Assembly: GCA_009692615.1 (NCBI GenBank)
Contig: SHYW01000007.1
Span: forward strand, 245 to 64,244
Length of the DNA: 64,000 nt
Reading direction: 5' to 3'
Source of the DNA: Deltaproteobacteria bacterium
Lineage (GTDB): Bacteria > Desulfobacterota > Binatia > UBA9968
Shown: positions 59,682 to 64,000 of the stretch, in pieces
Position numbering within the stretch: position 1 is the stretch's first letter
How the letters are laid out: every line of letters starts with the position of its first letter
Notes under the pieces: model-generated
Databases searched by the model: none
Seen by the model: only the letters and a program-made list of their open reading frames with translations
What the model was told of the DNA's origin: nothing
Translations under genes and position numbers: made by a program

Positions 59682-59770
59682 GAATCAACGCTAGTCAAGT
59701 AAAACCACCATAGGTTAGATGGAAGAGAAGCGTCAAGACCAAAATCGTCAGCGCAACAAAGGATCGTCCC

Positions 59771-60862
59771 ATGAAACTCGGACTCTTCGATCACATGCAA
59801 AAGCACGACAAGCCGGCGTTGAGCTACGTCGACCTGTACAAAAATCATCTCGACGTTGTGGAGTTCGCCGATCAGGCCGGCATGGATTTTTATTTCGTTG
59901 CCGAACATCACTTCGACATGGGCTTCTCCGAATGTCCCAGCCCCGGCAGTTTTCTCGGCGCCGCCTCCCAGCGCACCAAGAACATTCGCATGGGACCGCT
60001 GGTTTACGTCTTGCCGCTGTGGAATCCGATCCGCGTCGCCGAAGAAGTGGCGCTACTCGACAATCTCATGCAAGGCCGGCTCGAAGTCGGCTTCGGCGCC
60101 GGCATCGGCCCTTTTACTTTTGCCGCTTATAATATTCCTTGGGATCAGAAACGCGAGATGACGCTCGAAGCGCTGCAAGTGATCAAAGGCATCTGGACTC
60201 ATGAAACTTTCATCTTCGAAGGCAAATATTTCAAGTGCAAGGATATCGACTCGTCGATCCCGCTGGTGCAAAAACCCCATCCGCCGATCTGGATGCCGAC
60301 CCGCAGCAAAGAATCCATCGAAGAAGCCGCATCCACTGGCGTCAGCACGATTCAATGGGTGCCGTCGGGGATGAAGGCGGTGCGCAAAGCCTTCGACGAA
60401 TATCGCGCGGTGTATCAAAAAGCGAAGCCCAGCGGGCGCAAACCGCATATCGGCTTGATGCGCGAAATCTACGTCGCCGAAAGCGACAAGCAAGCCCACG
60501 CCGAGGGCGAGTATCACTGGAAAAATTTCTGGCAGCGGCGCGGCGGTGCGCGCACCTACGGCGCTCACGGCTCGACTGGACTGTCGACGATCCTCGACGG
60601 CGGCCGGCGCCAGGAGTTGATGGACATGGAACACTCCATCGGCGACGGTTCATTCATCTGCGGTGCGCCGGAATCGGTGGTGCAGCAAATTAAGAAAATC
60701 GCCAACGACGCCGGCGCCGATACTTTTCTCGGCGAGTTTACTTTCGGCGAGCTGGAACAGAAGCAAGCGATGAATTCGCTGCGTCTGTTCGCTGAGCAAG
60801 TGATGCCGGAATTGCGTCGCTTCGAAGTCGATGCCTTGAACTTCCCCGCCGCCCAAGCGTAA
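59771..60862 (+). CDS. LLM-class flavin-dependent oxidoreductase
   Basis: MKLGLFD, AEHHF, PIRVAEEVALLD..GRLEVGFGAG and QKPHPPIW. Confidence 0.9.
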   Translation: MKLGLFDHMQKHDKPALSYVDLYKNHLDVVEFADQAGMDFYFVAEHHFDMGFSECPSPGSFLGAASQRTKNIRMGPLVYVLPLWNPIRVAEEVALLDNLMQGRLEVGFGAGIGPFTFAAYNIPWDQKREMTLEALQVIKGIWTHETFIFEGKYFKCKDIDSSIPLVQKPHPPIWMPTRSKESIEEAASTGVSTIQWVPSGMKAVRKAFDEYRAVYQKAKPSGRKPHIGLMREIYVAESDKQAHAEGEYHWKNFWQRRGGARTYGAHGSTGLSTILDGGRRQELMDMEHSIGDGSFICGAPESVVQQIKKIANDAGADTFLGEFTFGELEQKQAMNSLRLFAEQVMPELRRFEVDALNFPAAQA

Positions 60863-60989
60863 TCGCAACTGTCATGCTGAGCCGAAGGCGAACCATCTCG
60901 AGTTCGTAACGAACGAACGGCTGAGTCGTGGCATTTTCACTTGTCTCGCCCTATGATGTTCAAATAATTATCAGCGAGTAGAGGCAAAA

Positions 60990-62642
60990 ATGGCGATTCA
61001 CCCACTAGCCGGCAAACCGGCGCCGGCAAATATATTGATCGATGTCGCGGCGCTCGAAAAAGCTTATTACCAGCGCAACCCCAACACGGTGGACCCGTCG
61101 CAACTGGTCAGCTTCGGCACCAGCGGCCATCGCGGCAGTCCGCTCAGCGTTAGTTTAAATGAAGCGCATATCCTCGCCATCACCCAGGCGATCTGCGACT
61201 ACCGCACGAGCAAAAATATTTCCGGGCCGCTGTTCATGGGCAAAGACACCCACGCGGCCTCCGGGCCGGCGCAGAGGACGGCGCTGGAAGTGCTGGCGGC
61301 GAATTCCATCGAAACGATCATTCAGCGCGATGACGGCTTCACGCCGACGCCGGCGATCTCGCGCGCCATTCTCGTCCACAATCGCGGCCGCAAAGAGCGC
61401 CCGGCCGACGGCATCGTCGTCACGCCGTCGCATAATCCGCCCGCCGACGGCGGCTTCAAATATAATCCTCCCGAAGGCGGGCCGGCGGACACCGATGTTA
61501 CCGAATGGATTCAGCAGCGCGCCAACGATTTGTTGCGCGAGAGCAACCGCGGCGTGAAGCGCGTCGCTTACGACAAAGCGTTGAAGGCAGCGACGACGCA
61601 CCAAGAAGATTTAGTCAGCCCCTATGTCGAAGACTTAACCGCCGTCATCGACATGGAAGCGATTCATGCACAGCGCGTCAAGATCGGCGTCGATCCGCTG
61701 GGCGGCGCGGCCCTCGCTTATTGGCAGAAGATCGCCGAGCATTATCAACTTGATCTAACAATCGTGAACTCATCCAGCGATCCGACTTTCCGTTTCATGA
61801 CGCTCGATCACGACGGCAAGATCCGCATGGATTGCTCCAGCCCCTACGCCATGGCCGGCTTGGTGAAACTGAAAGATAGTTTTCAAGTTGCCTTCGGCAA
61901 CGACGCCGACTCCGACCGCCACGGCATCGTCACGCCGTCCCTCGGCTTGATGAATCCGAACCACTATCTCGCCGTGGCGATTCATTACTTACTGACGCAC
62001 CGGCCGCGCTGGAGCAAAGCTGCCGCCGTCGGCAAGACTTTGGTCAGCAGCTGCCTCATCGATCGCGTCGTCGAAAAGCTCGACCGCAAGTTGTTCGAAG
62101 TTCCGGTCGGCTTCAAATGGTTCGCCCCTGGCCTATTCGACGGCTCGGTCTGTTTCGGCGGCGAGGAGAGCGCCGGCGCCAGTTTTCTCTGCCAAGATGG
62201 AACGGTTTGGACGACGGATAAAGATGGCATCATTCTCTGCCTGCTCGCAGCGGAAATCATCGCCACCACCGGCCGCGATGCCGCGAGCTGGTATGAAAAA
62301 CTAACCGACCAACTGGGCCGGCCGTTTTATACTCGCATCGATCTGCCGTCGACGACGGCGCAAAAAAACGCCTTGAAAGCGCTGCGGCCCGATTCGCTCA
62401 GCGCCAAGGAACTCGCCGGCGAGCCGATCGTCGCGAAATTGACCGCAGCGCCGGGCAACGGCGCGGCCATCGGCGGACTCAAAGTGGCCGCGCGTAGCGG
62501 CTGGTTCGCCGTGCGGCCGTCGGGAACCGAAGAGCTATGTAAAATTTACGCCGAGAGTTTGGTGTCGCAGGATCATTTGCAAATGATCGAAACCGAAGCG
62601 CGGCAAATCATGCAAACAGTTTTCACCGCCGCCGGAGCTTGA
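60990..62642 (+). CDS. pgm: Phosphoglucomutase (alpha-D-glucose-1,6-bisphosphate-dependent)
   Basis: [29 protein letters not shown] and RPSGTE. Confidence 0.95.
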   Translation: MAIHPLAGKPAPANILIDVAALEKAYYQRNPNTVDPSQLVSFGTSGHRGSPLSVSLNEAHILAITQAICDYRTSKNISGPLFMGKDTHAASGPAQRTALEVLAANSIETIIQRDDGFTPTPAISRAILVHNRGRKERPADGIVVTPSHNPPADGGFKYNPPEGGPADTDVTEWIQQRANDLLRESNRGVKRVAYDKALKAATTHQEDLVSPYVEDLTAVIDMEAIHAQRVKIGVDPLGGAALAYWQKIAEHYQLDLTIVNSSSDPTFRFMTLDHDGKIRMDCSSPYAMAGLVKLKDSFQVAFGNDADSDRHGIVTPSLGLMNPNHYLAVAIHYLLTHRPRWSKAAAVGKTLVSSCLIDRVVEKLDRKLFEVPVGFKWFAPGLFDGSVCFGGEESAGASFLCQDGTVWTTDKDGIILCLLAAEIIATTGRDAASWYEKLTDQLGRPFYTRIDLPSTTAQKNALKALRPDSLSAKELAGEPIVAKLTAAPGNGAAIGGLKVAARSGWFAVRPSGTEELCKIYAESLVSQDHLQMIETEARQIMQTVFTAAGA

Positions 62643-62668
62643 TCCAGTGCTCGAAGGAATTCGGATGT

Positions 62669-62746
62669 TTCACCACGGAGACACAGAGTTCACAGAGTTT
62701 TTTTACTCCTATTCCTCCTCTGTGAACTCCGCGCCTCCGCAGTGAA
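62669..62746. repeat. CACAGAG-type long palindrome
   Basis: TTCACCACGGAGACACAGAGTTCACAGAG...CTCTGTGAACTCCGCGCCTCCGCAGTGAA, flanked by TTCGGAT/ATCCGAA. Confidence 0.8.
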
Positions 62747-62785
62747 TAATCCGAACTATCCCCACCGATTGATCGAGGAGTTTTC

Positions 62786-63931
62786 ATGTCGAAGCCGATT
62801 CGTGCCACCGTCACGTTGCTCCACGCACTGTTCTGTTACTTAGCGCTTTGTGTGAATTTCTCCGTCGCCGCCCAGCCGCCCGCCTGGCAGAGCGATTGGG
62901 ACAAGACGGTCAAGGCCGCGGAAGACGAAGCCGCGGTGGTGCTCTACGTCACCGGCGCCTTCGAGCCGGTGTTTCGCGATACGTTTCAAAAGAAATATCC
63001 TAAGATCAAAGTGACCCTGGTGACCGGGCGCGGTCCCGATCTCAGCCAGCGCATCATGAGCGAGCGGCGCGCGGAAAAATTCGCCGTCGATCTCTACATC
63101 GGCGGCAATATTTCGCCGATCACGGTTTTTCACAAGGCGAAGATTTTAGAGCCGGTCAAAAACTTGCTACTGCTTCCCGAAGTGCTCGATCCAGCCGCTT
63201 GGTATGAGGGCAAACATCATTACGACGACGCCGAGAACCGTTTCATCTTCGTCTTCGAGGGCACGCCGCGCAGCGGCGAGATTACGTTCAACAGCAAACT
63301 GGTCAACCCCGCCGAGATCAAATCCTATTGGGACCTGTTGAACCCCAAATGGAAAGGCAAAATCGTCTCCACCGACCCGTTCCAGTCCGGTCCGATCAGC
63401 GCGGCGCAGATGTTTTTCTACAAGCAGCCCGAGCTTGGGCCGGAGTTTATCCGCCGGCTACACAGCGACACGGATATCACGATCCTACGCTCCAACGAGC
63501 AGTTGATGGATTGGTTGAGCACCGGCAAATACCTGTTTGGCTTCGGCGCCAGAAACGTCGACGATGCCATGATGCAAGGCTTGCCGCTCAATCAGTTCGC
63601 GCCGGCGGCGCTCAAGGAAGGTTCTTCAGTGACCGCCTATAACGGCACCTTGAGCTATTTCAACCGCGCGCCTCATCCCAACGCCGCCAAAGTTGCCGCC
63701 AACTGGCTCCTGTCGCGCGACGGCCAAAACGCTTGGCTCGACGCCAATCACAAAACCGGCGGGCTTTACGATTCTCTGCGTGAAGATATCTCCAAGGAAA
63801 AAGTCAGCGAGCGCGCCCGCCGAGTGAAGGGGGCGAAATTTCTCTGGCTCAACCCCGCCTGGATCGACGAGCTCGACGCCATCCGCGACATCATCAAAAA
63901 AGCTCTCGCCAGCGCCGGCAAAGCAAGGTAG
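62786..63931 (+). CDS. Extracellular solute-binding protein (Fe3+/thiamine-like), orphan
   Basis: Signal peptide; SYWDLLNPKWKGKI and APHPNAAKVAANWLLSRDGQ; GAGGAG RBS. Confidence 0.85.
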   Translation: MSKPIRATVTLLHALFCYLALCVNFSVAAQPPAWQSDWDKTVKAAEDEAAVVLYVTGAFEPVFRDTFQKKYPKIKVTLVTGRGPDLSQRIMSERRAEKFAVDLYIGGNISPITVFHKAKILEPVKNLLLLPEVLDPAAWYEGKHHYDDAENRFIFVFEGTPRSGEITFNSKLVNPAEIKSYWDLLNPKWKGKIVSTDPFQSGPISAAQMFFYKQPELGPEFIRRLHSDTDITILRSNEQLMDWLSTGKYLFGFGARNVDDAMMQGLPLNQFAPAALKEGSSVTAYNGTLSYFNRAPHPNAAKVAANWLLSRDGQNAWLDANHKTGGLYDSLREDISKEKVSERARRVKGAKFLWLNPAWIDELDAIRDIIKKALASAGKAR

Positions 63932-64000
63932 GCAGGAAAAAAGCTCAAGAGCATGGTACAGTCGCTTTGAACGATTCCCAGATCGCGAGCGTCAAAGCTA

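Overview
A GC-rich bacterial chromosomal window with about 55 credible CDS. It is dominated by orphan ABC substrate-binding proteins, DxDxH amidohydrolases and luciferase-like (LLM) oxidoreductases, a gene style that suggests an uncultured Deltaproteobacteria-like lineage such as Ca. Binatia (inference only). Recognisable units: a GAF/HD-GYP gene divergent from two secreted FN3-tailed hydrolases (a GH44 glucanase and an M12-like metalloprotease), each preceded by a sigma-54-type promoter; rtcB divergent from a Fic gene; a NitT/TauT ABC transporter; a complete porin-urtABCDE-ureDABCEFG urea operon with a sigma-54 promoter and paired enhancer-like palindromes; and rlpA, pal, pgm and a MetE-like gene. 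Top finding: the ORF track splits 23867-24631 in two, but the halves are in frame across one UGA that completes a CxxC...CxxU motif and is followed by a SECIS-like hairpin. This points to a selenocysteine-containing class III adenylyl cyclase. Intergenic spaces are filled with several families of REP-like palindromes assembled into ordered mosaics. No rRNA, tRNA, CRISPR array, transposase or integrase was seen. All calls come from reading motifs by eye; no searches were run.
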